From assembly GCA_015680685.1 (NCBI GenBank), contig MNCI01001519.1:511318-575317 (forward strand): a stretch of DNA of 64,000 nt, given 5' to 3'. Positions 1 through 14,041 of the stretch are shown piece after piece (the stretch's first letter is position 1; each line of letters opens with the position of its first letter). Below the pieces are notes generated by a model. The model searched no databases. It saw only the letters and a list, made by a program, of their open reading frames with translations, and was not told the origin of the DNA. This stretch comes from Gnetum montanum (lineage: Eukaryota; Plantae; Gnetophyta). Both the position numbers and the translations under genes were made by a program.

Positions 1-1485
1 TGTAACATCGTCAGACCCAATGTACGGTAGGAGGGTGTTAAAAAAATGAGAGAGACGACATGCATTCCGATTTCGTTGCATAACCTGACAAAAAAAACTT
101 AAAATTCCTATAGAAAGTAAACAATTGAAATTTACATTTCTGCATTTTGATTTTTGCAAGCAAAGTCAAAGCAGAAGAACAGAGACATTCCGATGAGTCT
201 AGAAATATAAGCAGAAAAAAAAAAAATGAATCTGATGATAGCAATAAAAAAAAGATTTAATAAAATAATGCTAATGAAACATGGGATACCATCACCTGGA
301 ACACAAGTTTATTACTTACTAATCATAAGTAGGATACTGACTTCTAAAATAAAAAAGTTGTATATTGTACAATCTTCAAGTTTGAATTCTTTCACGGTAC
401 TTATTTTCTTTGTAACCACTTACGATTTCACGATAAGGGCAATGACGATGCTTTCAAATTGTTTTTTCTGTCTATTACAAAACCATAAGATTGGTTGAAC
501 AGAAGGAAATTAACATAGAATAATAGATTCAAGGAAAGAAAACCTAGTTGCTACCCAAAATGGAATTGAGGGTGGATACCGAAGCCTGTTGCCAACAATC
601 TTTGTAATTTGAAATTATTAATGCAATTACTAATGGGCATATACCAAAGAGATTTTGTTAGTACGTGTAAAATCCTTTTTAATTCTGCTTGCATGTAATA
701 TACCATTAGTCATGTTCATTGGTTATCTCTAGGATCTCAATGACTTCCTGAATCCACTCAAATCCAACTTTTATTGCAAATTAATTTTTGAATAATGAAG
801 TAGCCAACCTCATGTTATACGAGGCTAAGATAATGATACTGATATTTAGAATAATAAACAATGCTGGCTTGGCTATTAAGTAAGACTTGTTACTTGGGTC
901 ACAAATTACAGGTTTCATATAAAATAAGGACAAACTCTGAAACACAAATTGGCAAAAGAACCAGTTCTATGCATTCAGAAGTAAAGAAAAAGAACTTTAT
1001 AAAGATTTAAATATACACAAAACAAATCATGAATTGGTTTTGGTCAAAGATTAAATGGAATTATTAACGGCTGCTGCTCCTGACAGTAACTAATCAACAA
1101 TTTTGGCTTTTTGTACTCCTTAAATAAGTGAGACTGCCTCAGAGACTGAAACCTCCGAAGCCAAGTCCATAAGCTATTTTGAATGCAGGCTATGCAATGG
1201 GGTCACGTAAGGGACTCTAAATATACAATGCAATGGAAATAAAAAATCAGGTCATCGAACTTGCAGCTCCTCACGTGTGAAACCAAGAATTGTATCCTAA
1301 AATCAATGAACATTTTTCAAATGAAATGACCAATCCAATAGGACCACCTGATGCTGCACAGAGAAAATTTGACCAAAATACTTGATCGTGGTTGAACTCC
1401 ACCCATAACAACATAAAGCCCATCATTACAGAAATATCTTTATAGCATGAAGTATCCTGAAAAAATTGAGAGATTGTTTATTGAC

Positions 1486-4400
1486 TTAATCCAAATGCCT
1501 CACTAAACTTATTCTGGGCTCCAATGTACTGTCCATTGTCCACCTTGAAGGATATGAAATCAACAGGGCTTCCATGCGCATATCCCAAACCAATATCTGT
1601 GAACAAGCATTAGCCAATCCTTCCATTTCATGTTCTTCTGAAACAAGTTGCTCAATGAACGTACTTTTCTGCACAACAGAAATCAACAAAAGTTGGCAAG
1701 CCCTCTTCAGCATTCATAAAGCTTTTGTAGATTTTAGGCATATGTCATTTACACAAATATTTTACCATTTCCCAACCAAAAACTAATCAAGTTTCCCGAT
1801 GAACAAAGTATTTATGGGGGAAAAGAAAAACAACAACAAACGTACCAATATAAATTAAACCAATTAAGCATGAATCGTGCCATGCTGCAGAAATCTAATT
1901 GGAAATATTAGATTTCAGACAAATATCCATATCAGCAAATATTTACCTCTGTTCCATTCTTTGCATGTCTTAAGAAATCTACATTTGGTCGTCCCCATAT
2001 TTTTGGGTCCCAAAGTATAGTGCTGTTGAAAGCATATCCAGAGTGACTGGCATAAAATCTGAATACCAACTTGTCCCATTCTTCTACATGCCACCCTATA
2101 ACTTCAGTTGAGTTACACACTGGACCTTCCAAAATTACATTTGGCTTGTTCTGGGAAAGCTTGGCAACTGGCCATACGCCAAATCGTCTGCACAAGAAAA
2201 TTATTCATAAATTAACCAATGCTAATACATACATAAAAAAAAAAAAATTAAGAAGAAGAAGAAGAAGAAAATAGATACTTTTAAGCAGCAGCAAAAGAGA
2301 CAAGTCAAGTCACAATAAATAAAGGCATGAGATAGTAATTGCGTACATGCATATATAGAAAGAGTAAGATGCTTGCTTAAAAGTCACAATAAAAACATTT
2401 AAAGTTTCATATCATATTTTTCATGCTAAAAATTATTATAAAGAAGTAAGGGAACAATAAATGATATGATAACTGAAAACCATCAAACAATCATGCATAC
2501 ATAAACAATAAATTCAGACATTGAAGTCGAGGAATTTAAAATATGGATAGAAAATGTCAGCTTAAAGTTATTATACGGTATGCGGTGCATTTAAATTGTC
2601 TACAGCTTTTTGGAACTATAGCTTGATTCTTTCAGGAACCTCAATGCAAACAAGAAAAATGGCTCAAACATTGATGTCTCCAATAATGATCGATGAAACT
2701 GTATGATAGGTGAAGACTGAATTCAACTACTCATGATCTATGAATCTAATGCAAGGTAATGATATGGAAGTTCACCGGCTCCACCAAGTACTTTTGTTAT
2801 TAATAATATATATTTCAATATCAGCAAGCTGATTTTATTGATGATCCAGGAATTAGATGACAGAATTTAGATCATATGTGGGTGCAGACTTTTTCAGTAG
2901 AAGAGGAAAATGTTTTCCACAATTGATGCACAGAGGTTCACAGCATGTGTAACAAATTTTCAATTCTAAAGACAGCTCAAAAAGACCAATGTGATACCAA
3001 TTCATGGGGTTGGATACCTCAATACAACAGTTCAGTATACACAGGAAAATGATGTCAAGATCAGATGTAACAAGTACAGACCAATTCAATCTTGACTATG
3101 CATTGTCCATGCAGCTCTGCACATCCCAAACACAATTTTATCATTTATTAAGAAGGATAATTCTTAAGAATCTACTAGTGCATTTACAAGGACACAGGAC
3201 ATTTGGTGATCATAAGGTGAATAATTTAAGAAACTGCTGTCATAATTTCAGTCTTCTCTGAAATGCACTCTCTTCCTAGCTAGAGCATCATTCACAACTT
3301 TCAGATCATGGTTTTGAAGTTCATAGTTTCTATCTTAGCTTCCATCACAAGAAAATAAATAAGAAAGAATTGTGCTGTTAATTTTGGCCAAGAGGCCAAC
3401 TGCAGCCCCATTTAAGAGTCTCCTTGGCCATAGTAAAATAATTTTATCATCATGATGGGGAGGGAGATCTTTCTTGGTCACAGTTTTTTTTCTAGTCATA
3501 ATAGCTAAAGAGAAGCTTAAAGGTCATAAAGCTGGACTAAGAAATGAACATTTTTACAGGAGTTATTATTTTGGCTGAGAGTTTTGGTGAGAGGCCAACT
3601 GCATTGTTACCTGGACTGGCTGGTAGAAATAAAGCTGGGTGAAGAGATGAACTTTGTCATGAGAATTATCCTGGACTAACAACACTGGTTTTTATTTTTG
3701 TTCTTAAATGTGAAAATCAGTTCTCAGTGAATCAATTTGAGATTTTATAAAATTGGTAAATATAAAAGATTCTCTTAGCCAAATAATAGATAAATGGCAA
3801 TAAATACATAGATAAACTAGTCCACTGACAGCTCAAAAAAGCAGAAAAAAAGAAAGGAAACAAAAATTCATAGAAAATCCTAGGAGAAAATAAATGCATT
3901 TAAAATTTTTAAAAATATATATACACACACAATATGTCGTATGTCGTATGAGGAGTTAGCATAGGGTAGGAGCCTTGACATAGAAACCCATGTAACAGTT
4001 TCCATTCTAATGGGCAAAATTAAGTTAACGAATTAAAAAAAATTCTGTAAAAGGAATTATGAAACTTTGATCCAAGAAGGTCTTAGTGGACATAAATAAA
4101 AATTCAGTTTCATTTATTATAAAAAGTATATCATTTTTTCCCTTCATAGAGATTATAGACCTTCACTGTCATTAGCAACTGGATGATCTTTTAAAAGGGG
4201 TGAAAAAGATGAATACTCACAAAATAGAATGTTAAACCTACATATGTTTGAAGCTACCTTCAACTGTAAGTACTTAACTGCATCTTTTTTCTCAACAGTC
4301 AATTAACCCTAATGTCCCTTAAGAATTTCCATGACATGGTTTAGCCTGATTCAAGTACAGTTGTGATCACTGCACGCAGGTCAAGGCCTTTAGCTTAGTT

Positions 4401-5320
4401 TCTCAAGAAAACAAAAATTAACCATTTTTGAAGAATTACATGGATACAAATTCAATATCAAAGTTTAAAAGAAACATTTTGACCAGGACAGTCGGATGAA
4501 ATTATGAAATCAATAGTTACTGCTAACGAACCATTCATTAATTGGGGGAGGAAAAGAGAGAGAGAAACAATTTCATGAAAAGAAAGATCAAAGGCAGTTG
4601 AGCTTACTTGATCTGTCTGAGCTGCTCAAACAATTTTAACGAGTAGAAATTTCTTTCCTCAGCAAAGTACAGAATGCCATTAAGCTGATGTTTCTCTATA
4701 TGCTCCAAGGCCACGTCCCGTTGATGATCGAACGTGTTCTTGTTACTGACAAGATGTCTGTACATGACACCTGTGTTCCTCAGCATTTGTGCAGTTTCCA
4801 CGGATTGGGTTGGGGTCTCCACCACAATCCATAGAAGAGGTGGAGGCACAAGTCTCAACGTATGTGCTAATCTGGTCAAATACAGAGCTTGAAATGGATG
4901 GTTTTCAGTTGTGGTTACAATTATGAGGGGCTTTCTTGCTTCCAGAGCTTTAAAGTTATCCAGCTCCTCTTCATCCTTTACAGATACAGAATTTTCTAGA
5001 GCTGCCTCACCGGGATTTAGCTGTCCCATGAACCTGCCCATATTTCCCACCAGGCTGAAATTCCTCTGCACTTTCTCCTCGTGCTTAACAGCCTGAACGG
5101 TAATTGCACCTCTGATATTGCTGCTGGGTTCATTATAATAGCCCATGGAAATCAGAGAACCAAAAGGAACAAATCCCATCATGGTCCCAACAAAAAAGCA
5201 TAACAAAAAATGCATCAGGGCTTTCTGCCATGGTTGCCCCCCTTTCTTCTTGGAAGGAAGCATCATCCAAACAATCCTGGTCGCTAACTCAAACCTTCTA
5301 ATGTCTCTGAAATCCAACAT
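1486..5320 (-). CDS. GT43 family glycosyltransferase, IRX9/IRX9L-like; exons 5320-4608, 2187-1947, 1668-1486 (~378 aa)
   Basis: N-terminal TM segment ([20 protein letters not shown]) and GT43 motifs [86 protein letters not shown] introns 4607-2188 (phase 2, AA|A gives QIKRFG) and 1946-1669 (phase 0) keep the frame. The ORF-track start at 5359 is TTG; the first in-frame ATG is 5320, and an upstream exon cannot be excluded. Confidence 0.92.
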
Positions 5321-7369
5321 GCCAAAACAAGGGATCACAATATCACCAAGCAAGCACAATAGAAATCAAACTCACAGAGAGCCAACATGGATCATGGATT
5401 TGCTGCCGCTAGAACTCAATACAGAATAATGGCCCAATCAAAAAGAAACCAAATTCATATCATATAATCCTCTCTCATTGGAGACCCATATGTTGTTTCC
5501 TGAGCCCTAATTATCATTCCAACGACACTCTGATTCTTCAATGCTTCCTTCATCTAGCATATGCACAAGCCAGCCAAACAAAATTATTTTGCCCAATACC
5601 GCATCATTCTGTCACTCTGATCCACAGCTGCCTGCCATGATTCTTACTGCTGCTGAGCTATCTGTTTTTAATATAAGGCTAGGGAATGCCGTCTGCTGAT
5701 CTGATAAGTTCGCATAGTATATCCTGTTGAATGCATTTTCTCACGAGATTTTGCATGTTTCAAGTGACCGAATCACAGGACAATCTAACAAACAAGTTGG
5801 TAACAGAAAACAGGTTACTCTACCGCAACAATGTGGCTTCATTTTCCTCCATATCCCACTCTTTAAGTCTAAGCAACATTAAAAAAATTTGGTCAAGAAT
5901 TCTGAAACAAGGCATTCTCTGCACCAAACTCCAAAAACCAGATACCCAAAACCTAGAAGTCATATTTTCCCCACATGTCCTTTGAACTCATTCTCGATCC
6001 CCCGCCTTAACCTGAGATTAATCGTCTAAGATCCCAGAATCGCGAGGCAGTGAATTGCTTTCAGGCAAATTTACTGAATCAAATCAATCAAAGTTGGAGG
6101 GGCTTGTGGCCCTATTGATCCTGTCTTTCTCTGTGGCAGCATTGTGTAAAAATCATGATGCAATAATGTGGGTCATCATGATGCATAATATTGATGCTAA
6201 TGCTAACGCAGACACAGTGAGAGATTGTGGGTTGCTTCATGGTGGGGCTTGGGGTGCCAATTATTTGATATTTTACCTACACATGTGTCATATTCAATTT
6301 CCGCTGGGATTCTGGTGACGAGAGAGACTTTCAAATGAATTTTCGTCGCTTGTTAACGGTGATCTAAAGTGGTGGTTCTTGATGGTTTCTTAAGAAGATT
6401 TCATTGCCTGAAAAGGAAATAGTTGTTTTGATATGTGTATATTGTTTCTATGGAATCATGAGCTGGACAAAGTTGTTATTGGAGAGCTGAGCTTGGAAGC
6501 CATTGAACTTAAGGTATGACAGTCTGATAGATTCACTGATTGAAGTACACCCACATACTGGAGATATGACCCTTCCTAAATAAGTAACATACAGGTGCTA
6601 GAGTAATGCAAATTCCAGAAATCTTTGTAAGAAGAAAGCTTTATTCATCATTTATTTTAGACGGGTAACTATCATGAGCGTCTGGGTCAACTAGCCTTTT
6701 CTGAAAGAGCACGGAAACATTAGCAGGGAAACGAATTTTTGTTTTTTCGTAATAATAGCGTTGCCAGAATTTTGCATGGTACAAAGGGTAACTAGAAGTT
6801 AACAGCCTTTCAACATGCTTTTTTTGTGTGTGTCTTGTTTCGCTATATTTAAAGAGAGATGTATCCATCACTCTAATGCTACGGATGTAAGAGTGCAAAT
6901 TGTGCAGGACCACAACTTAAATTCTTCCTCTCTTTAATTGGCGGAGATGTTGGCTTTCTTTGTCTTGACGTGCTCTGTGGTATTCTTTTAGTTGCCTCTT
7001 AAAATCTTGGATCTCATTCTTGATCTTAAACTATTCAATTCATCAATAACTTAACATTAATTAGAAAAGCCTTGCAATTAGATAAATCATATTTTTATCA
7101 AAATATGTTAGGTGATGTTAAGATATTTTTAAAGATAATTTATTAATTAATCATATTATTATTAATACTATTGAGACAAGGAAATTGGGTAATAAAATCT
7201 CTACTTACACAATACAGTAAATGTGATTCATTGTAAGAGGGAGAGAGGGTGAGCATGAATTGTTGGCTAGTTGATTAGCTCACACTATCATATATTAAAA
7301 GATATTGGGATCAAAGCCCAATACCAACACCCTACACTAGCTTGAAGGTATTGTTAATTATTGCCTAAC

Positions 7370-7517
7370 TGATGAATCATGTCAGCTCTGATATTGGGTA
7401 CCCAATATCGAAGCCTCGATATCAAATACGTGATATTGGGTCCCAAGAAACGATGTCAGATATTTGATATCATCTCTTCTATGCTAGCCTATAAATACAA
7501 CACTTGGGTGCATAGTT
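7370..7517 (+). repeat. 5' LTR of element A (visible part; remainder lies in the N gap)
   Basis: Matches 35534-35674; TATA box CTATAAATA; runs into the gap. Confidence 0.85.
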
Positions 7518-8135
7518 NNNNNNNNNNNNNNNNNNNNNNNNNNNNNNNNNNNNNNNNNNNNNNNNNNNNNNNNNNNNNNNNNNNNNNNNNNNNNNNNNNN
7601 NNNNNNNNNNNNNNNNNNNNNNNNNNNNNNNNNNNNNNNNNNNNNNNNNNNNNNNNNNNNNNNNNNNNNNNNNNNNNNNNNNNNNNNNNNNNNNNNNNNN
7701 NNNNNNNNNNNNNNNNNNNNNNNNNNNNNNNNNNNNNNNNNNNNNNNNNNNNNNNNNNNNNNNNNNNNNNNNNNNNNNNNNNNNNNNNNNNNNNNNNNNN
7801 NNNNNNNNNNNNNNNNNNNNNNNNNNNNNNNNNNNNNNNNNNNNNNNNNNNNNNNNNNNNNNNNNNNNNNNNNNNNNNNNNNNNNNNNNNNNNNNNNNNN
7901 NNNNNNNNNNNNNNNNNNNNNNNNNNNNNNNNNNNNNNNNNNNNNNNNNNNNNNNNNNNNNNNNNNNNNNNNNNNNNNNNNNNNNNNNNNNNNNNNNNNN
8001 NNNNNNNNNNNNNNNNNNNNNNNNNNNNNNNNNNNNNNNNNNNNNNNNNNNNNNNNNNNNNNNNNNNNNNNNNNNNNNNNNNNNNNNNNNNNNNNNNNNN
8101 NNNNNNNNNNNNNNNNNNNNNNNNNNNNNNNNNNN
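7518..8135. other. Assembly gap (618 N) hiding the rest of the 5' LTR and the PBS of element A
   Basis: Run of N. Confidence 1.
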
Positions 8136-8258
8136 GAAAACATTCATTGGAGAACTAACAAGATATGTGGTGAAGAAAGTTGGAGTGACCAACCCTATGC
8201 AGGGGTTTCATATGTTTATGACTATCCTAACGACACTCAAGGACTACATCCACCTAAG

Positions 8259-9996
8259 ATGGACAACCCTAAAGGAGATGAAGTAAGTCCTGGACCAGGG
8301 GAGGCCTTAAGGCCTAAGAGCTCCTCAAAACCTAGAAAAGATAAATCAAGGGACCCTGGGAAACACCATAAAAGCCATTGCAATCCTTCTAGTTCCTCAT
8401 ATTCCTCTTCCCCTTCAATGTCTAGCTCTAACAAAGATGAATGTAGGTATAGAGATAAAGCTCCACTAAAGGGTTAGAATAAAAACAAAAATCAAACCCA
8501 CGGGAAAAGTTAAAGACATCAATATGAACATAGATAAAATCGTCACAATCAAACAGATAGAAATAGAAATTTTCATCACAACATGTTTGATGATGATGAA
8601 TCCTTGTTGGCCACTAAGAGCCTAATGTAGATCACAAAGGCAGTTAAGATATCTCACAGGCATCACAAAGAGAGTCGCCTACTGAGGCTTGATATGAATA
8701 ATATTCCTAAATTTGCAGGAGGCTATGATTCAGATTCATAACATTATTTATAAGCCTTCCATGATGCCTATGCTTTTTAAAACATTGAAAATGGATGGCA
8801 AAAGCTTAAGCTCTTTCTTAGGACACTAGTTGATAGACTCGAAGTGTGGTATAGATCGTTGAAACCAAATTCAATCCGACAATGGTCCACATTGTTGGAA
8901 CTTTTCATTGAGAAATACCAAACCTATGCAAGAGGAGATAGATCCAAGGATGGAAGCAAGAACAATATGAACCCTTAGACATGACCTTAGATAGATATTA
9001 TTCTCTACTAAATAGATGCCCAGGTCATGGTTTCTTTAAGAAAAGGCAACTTTTCCACATCATGGATAGGCTTTGTAATGAAATAAGGGAGACCCTTGGG
9101 ATGTATGCTCCAAGCTAATTATATGAGTTACAAACCCATCAGATTTGAGAGTTAATCAAGCATGTGGCGAAAAAAGAAGGTGAGATATGCAAATGGGAGA
9201 ATGTTGAGAAATATCACTAGGACCCAACTCTTCAAAAGAAGGAGGTCCATATCTATGGTAAAGAGAAAGAGGCTACTCTCGATAAGGTGATTATGCAATG
9301 AACCTTGCCGATACAAAAGTCTATCGATGAACTTGAACCAAAGGTTAATAGGATGTTAGAGTGGATATATAAGAAAGTTACAACTCTCGTAGAAATTGTA
9401 GAGGAGAAAGTAACGCAAAATGAACCAAGCGATCACTATAAACAGAGGAAGTAGTACCAAGAAACAGTTAGGAACACTTTTTAGCAAACAGAAAAAATGA
9501 CTAAAGAAAGTGAGGCTATAGACTCAACTATAGACAAAGATAATGAATGTGACATCTGCATCTATGACCATTCGATGGGCCATTGTCCAATCTTGTTACA
9601 TCTACATGAGTATTAGGCATGTGCATTAAATTTGAAGTTTGTACAGAAGCACATGCCTAGGAAATTTCCTTTTCCACATAGTAATTCTAGATATCCCCAC
9701 AACCAATCGTACTATCCTAGGGAGACTTATTACTAGCCTTAACACTATCATCAACCGTAGTGGCAAAATCCATAGTCATGGGTAAGGCCATCACCAAACC
9801 AGCCCTACCCTTCCTATCAATCAACATGGTATGGATATTATGTTCAACATCTTGTTTCTCCAAGTAGTTTTATGTCCTCTACTTCAAATTGCCACTATCA
9901 ATCTCTCGAGTACCATCAACCCATGACATCTCTTGAAGGATCACCACCTCGTGCCTCTTATCATCCATCCTATCCTTGATATCCTCATACTCCACC
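8259..9996 (+). pseudogene. gag: Decayed gag of element A
   Basis: Reads LDMNNIPKFAGGYD..AFHDAYAF*NIENGWQKLKLFLRTL..RCPGHGF, which aligns with C gag LDMNNIPRFEEGYN..AFHHACALHNIENEWQKLTLFPRTL..HCPGHGY. Many stop codons. Confidence 0.85.
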
Positions 9997-11828
9997 TCAT
10001 CATATGCCACTGCCAGTGACACAAGAAGGTTCAGCACCACACCACCAACAAACGAATGCCACTTGTGCTGCAAATGTGCATAGACATGTTGATATCAGTA
10101 GGTTCTCACCACAACCTTGGAAATGTCCTTTTTTTAGGACAGGCCCTAGGTGGAAGTGCAACACTCATGGACCTACCACATCATCTAAACCAGCATAATG
10201 CCAATCTAGTAAAACACCTTCCTTTTTACAACCAACATCCTCTAATTCTACACAAGGGCCATCATCCATCATTACTCCAACACCCAACTGATGCAATGAA
10301 TCTAACAGTGTGAAGAGACAAATGAATCCATGCATACCATATCATGATCAAGGGTGCAATAGTACATCATATGCCACTACCAATGACACAGGAAGGTTCA
10401 GCACCACACCACCAACAAATGAATGCCACTTGTGCTACAAATGTACATAGACATGCTAATATCAATAGGTTCCCACTGCAACATCAGAAATGTCCTTTCT
10501 TTAGGATAGGCCCTAGGTAGAAGTGCAACACTCATGGACCTACCACATCATCTAAACTAGCACAATGCTAATCTAGTAAAACACCTTCCTTTTCATAACC
10601 AACATCCTTTGATTCTACACAAGTGCCATCATCCATCATTACTCCAACACCCAACCGATGCAATGAATCTAGTAGTGTGAAGAGACAAATGAATCCATGC
10701 ATATTGTATCATGATCAAGGGTGTAATAGTACATATGCCACCACTAGCAACACAGGAAGGTTCAGCATAACACCACCATCAAACGAATGTCACTTATGCT
10801 GCAAGCGTTCATAGACATGTTGATGTTAGTAGGTTCTCATAGCAACCTTAGAAATGTCCTTTCTTAAGGATAGGCCTTAGGTGGAAGCACAACACTCATG
10901 GACCTACCACATCATCTAAATCAACACAATGCCAATCTAGTAAAACACCTTCATTTTCACAACCAACATCCTCTAATTCTACATAAGGGCCACCATCCAT
11001 CATTACTTCAACACCCAATCGATGTAATGAATTGAGCAATGTGAAGAGACAAATGAATCCATGCATCCTGTATCATGATCAAGGGTGAAATAGTGCATTA
11101 TATGCCACCACTAGTGACATAGGAAGGTTCAACACCACACCACCAACAAATGAATGCAACTTATGTTGCAAATGTGCATAGATATGCTAATATTAGTCGG
11201 TTCCCATCACAACCTCAAAAATGTCCTTTCTTTAGGACAGGCCCTAGGCAGAAGTGCAACACTCATGGACCTACCATATCATATGAACCAACACAATGCC
11301 AATCTCGTAAAACACCTTCCTTTTCACAACCAACATCCTTTGATTCTACATAAGGGTCACCATCCATCATTACTCCAACACGTAATCAATGTAATGAATC
11401 TAGGAGTGTGAAGAGATAAATGAATCCATGCATACCGTATCATGATCAAGGGTATAATAGTGCATCATATGCCACCGCTAGCAACATAGAAAGGTTCAGC
11501 ACCAAACCACCAACAAAAGAATACCACTTGTGCTACAAATATGCATAGACATGTTGATATTAGTAGGTTTCCATCACAACCTCAGAAATGTCATTTCTTT
11601 AGGACAATCCCTAGGCAGAAGCGCAACACTCATGGACCTACCACATCATCTGAACCAACATAATGCCAATCTAGTAAAACAACTTTATTTTCACAACCAA
11701 CATCCTCTGATTCTACACAAGGCCACCATCCATCATTACTCCAACATCCAATCGATGAAATGAATCTAGTAGTGTGAAGAGACAAATGAATCCATGCATA
11801 TCGTATCATGATCAAGGGTGCAATAGTG
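9997..11828 (+). repeat. Tandem array, 5 units of ~367 bp
   Basis: The unit marker ATGCCAC recurs at 10004, 10371, 10735, 11102 and 11469 (spacings 367, 364, 367, 367). Confidence 0.97.
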
Positions 11829-13661
11829 GACCAAACACCCTCAATGTTAACACAACTCATACCCTGATCCACCATATGTTTAACAACCAAGTGTGTGACC
11901 AACAACTTATCTACATAGTCACCACTAGACCAAAAGAGACCTAGTGGCTCGAAAATGAAAGGTTACTAATGTTTTATACTTGCATGGAGCTTGCCTATTT
12001 GCTTATTAATTCTTGCCACAGCCAAATGCTTAGTCATGGGGAAAACCCCCCATTATAACCTTTAGGATTAATAAGTGTTTTTTATCTTTTTGTTTTACAA
12101 TTTTTTGTGATTTTATTATTTCTTGATACAAAATTTCCTACCCTTTTTAACTTTTCCCATTTTTTGTTTTCCTTTTCTTTGTTAAGTAATCTCACTTGTG
12201 AATAAAACAATCATGTAGTCCATAGAGTTGAGGTTTTCTCTATGTTGTTGAGTCATGAGGGATTGGTTATATAGATAGTGAGACCACGTCATCCATCCAC
12301 TCATTCCATTAATAAGAGGTTCTTACCCTAGTTATAATGATATTCTTTTTCATCATCAAACCTAAAAATATATTCATAATCATTGTGCCTAGACAGACAA
12401 GTGAAGAACCAAGGGAAAATGTGAAGACTGTGACATTAAGGAGATTTATGTATTCTCTTTGGCCACTTCTGTATGTTCTATCATGTTGCTTCAGTTGTAA
12501 TTATATCCTTGTAGATCTAACGAAAAAAGGGAGTAAGAGTAACATAAAAGGACACTGAATAAAATTTTGAGGGTCTCACTGGAAAGACATGTACCCATGT
12601 CTAAAGGTTGGCAGCTTCTCAAACCCAAAAAAAAATGAAAAAAAGCAACAACATGCCATCAATAAGCTCCTCCCTTAGACAAAACGCCAAGTAATATTAC
12701 TCCTTGCAACTATGTTAGTCTTATGGTTGTCGAACAAAGTGATGAAACAATGCGATGTCACTCAATGTGGTTTGTACTTGGTTTGAATCTTAGAAAGAAG
12801 GGCTAATGATTACTTAATCATTAACAACACACAAGGATTCATTATGCCTCTAGTAAGATACCTCACTACCCAATTCCTACAATCCTTTCTATAGTTCATC
12901 TCATCTCACTATTTGTATGATCCTAACTTATGGTTTTGTGTAACATAGAGTTATTTTATCAAATTGGTGGTTTTAACATGTGTGTTTTGTTTCATATGTA
13001 TGCATTGCATTGAACTCCTTTAGTGCCCACAAACATTTTTAGGTGTGGTTATACAAGGGCATTATAAGTTGGAGCCTGCTTTGGGGAGGACCCACTTGTG
13101 TAACTGTTGTAACTTGTATTTGTTTGACACAACCACATCATTCTTCACCTTCCAAGTGCATAATTGTTACATTTCATGCTCTCCCTTATCATGTAATTGA
13201 TTCATTCTCCCACATAGATCTAATACCCTCTTTTCTTGCATCTTCCAACACTTTTAATGTCGATGACTCCATCTTCTACTTTTTTGGTGTCTCAAAATGA
13301 TTTCCTACTCCCTAGAACCATGGACCTATCCTAAAACATTCCAACCAACCCTAGAGCTTTTTTATTTCATGTCAAGTACCCCCATGAAATGCAAATTGAT
13401 GAACCCCAATATCGACTACTTGATATCGGGTTGGCCTAGACGTCAGATACTCAATATTAGGTCTGAAAAAACTATATATATGACCCCTACGGTGCCCAAA
13501 AATTTCATTCTCATCATTTGTAACTTGGGGATTTTTTCAAATTTTCTTTTGTGACCCAGAGCTCTGTGCATTCAAATTATGATATTTTGCTCTCTATCAC
13601 TTCAATTCTCATACCATTTGAACCTATTTGAACCTAGAGTATTCGAGTTAGTTGTGCCGCA

Positions 13662-13684
13662 GGGGGGGGGGGGGGGGGGGGNGG
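13662..13684. repeat. Poly-G tract containing one N
   Basis: Seen directly. Confidence 0.9.
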
Positions 13685-14041
13685 AGTGCTTGCATGAAAA
13701 CCTTGAGCCGATTTTTCAAAATTTGCTATTTCCTGGAAGATATTATAAGGGTAAAAGTGTTAAAAAAATTAAGTTTTATAATGAACAATCAATCATATTA
13801 AGGCCAGAAAATTTAACTTTTTCACCTAAGGGACAATAACCATCATAATAAGCCATACATAAGGAAAAAGGAACCACTTGCGAAAGGTCATAAAAGAAGA
13901 TCAACACTTTTTGGACATTTTTCTAACTTTGCAATCATATAAACTAAAGAAATTAATTGAACTAAGGTCATGAGTACGATATAAACCTATTAATGACAAA
14001 TAACAACACCTTAATAACATTCAATCTTTAATTGATTACAA

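Noticed and set aside
38-498. Short ORFs in the AT-rich 3' flank and introns of the GT43 gene
   Set aside because: Low complexity, no recognisable motifs, consistent with chance.
795-845. RTE 3'-end-like motif (GTAGCCAACCTCA...GATAATGAT)
   Set aside because: Too short and degenerate to call.
5321-5359. ORF-track start of the GT43 gene at 5359
   Set aside because: The codon is TTG; the first in-frame ATG is at 5320.
7255-7330. SINE or tRNA-like A/B boxes upstream of element A
   Set aside because: Too degenerate; no tail or TSD could be identified.
7379-8192. Long ORFs in the track spanning X residues
   Set aside because: Artefacts of translating through the N gap.
10004-11763. Repeated short ORFs (MPLVLQMC..., MNATYVAN...) as a peptide gene cluster
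   Set aside because: They are by-products of the 367-bp array; frames and stops differ between units.
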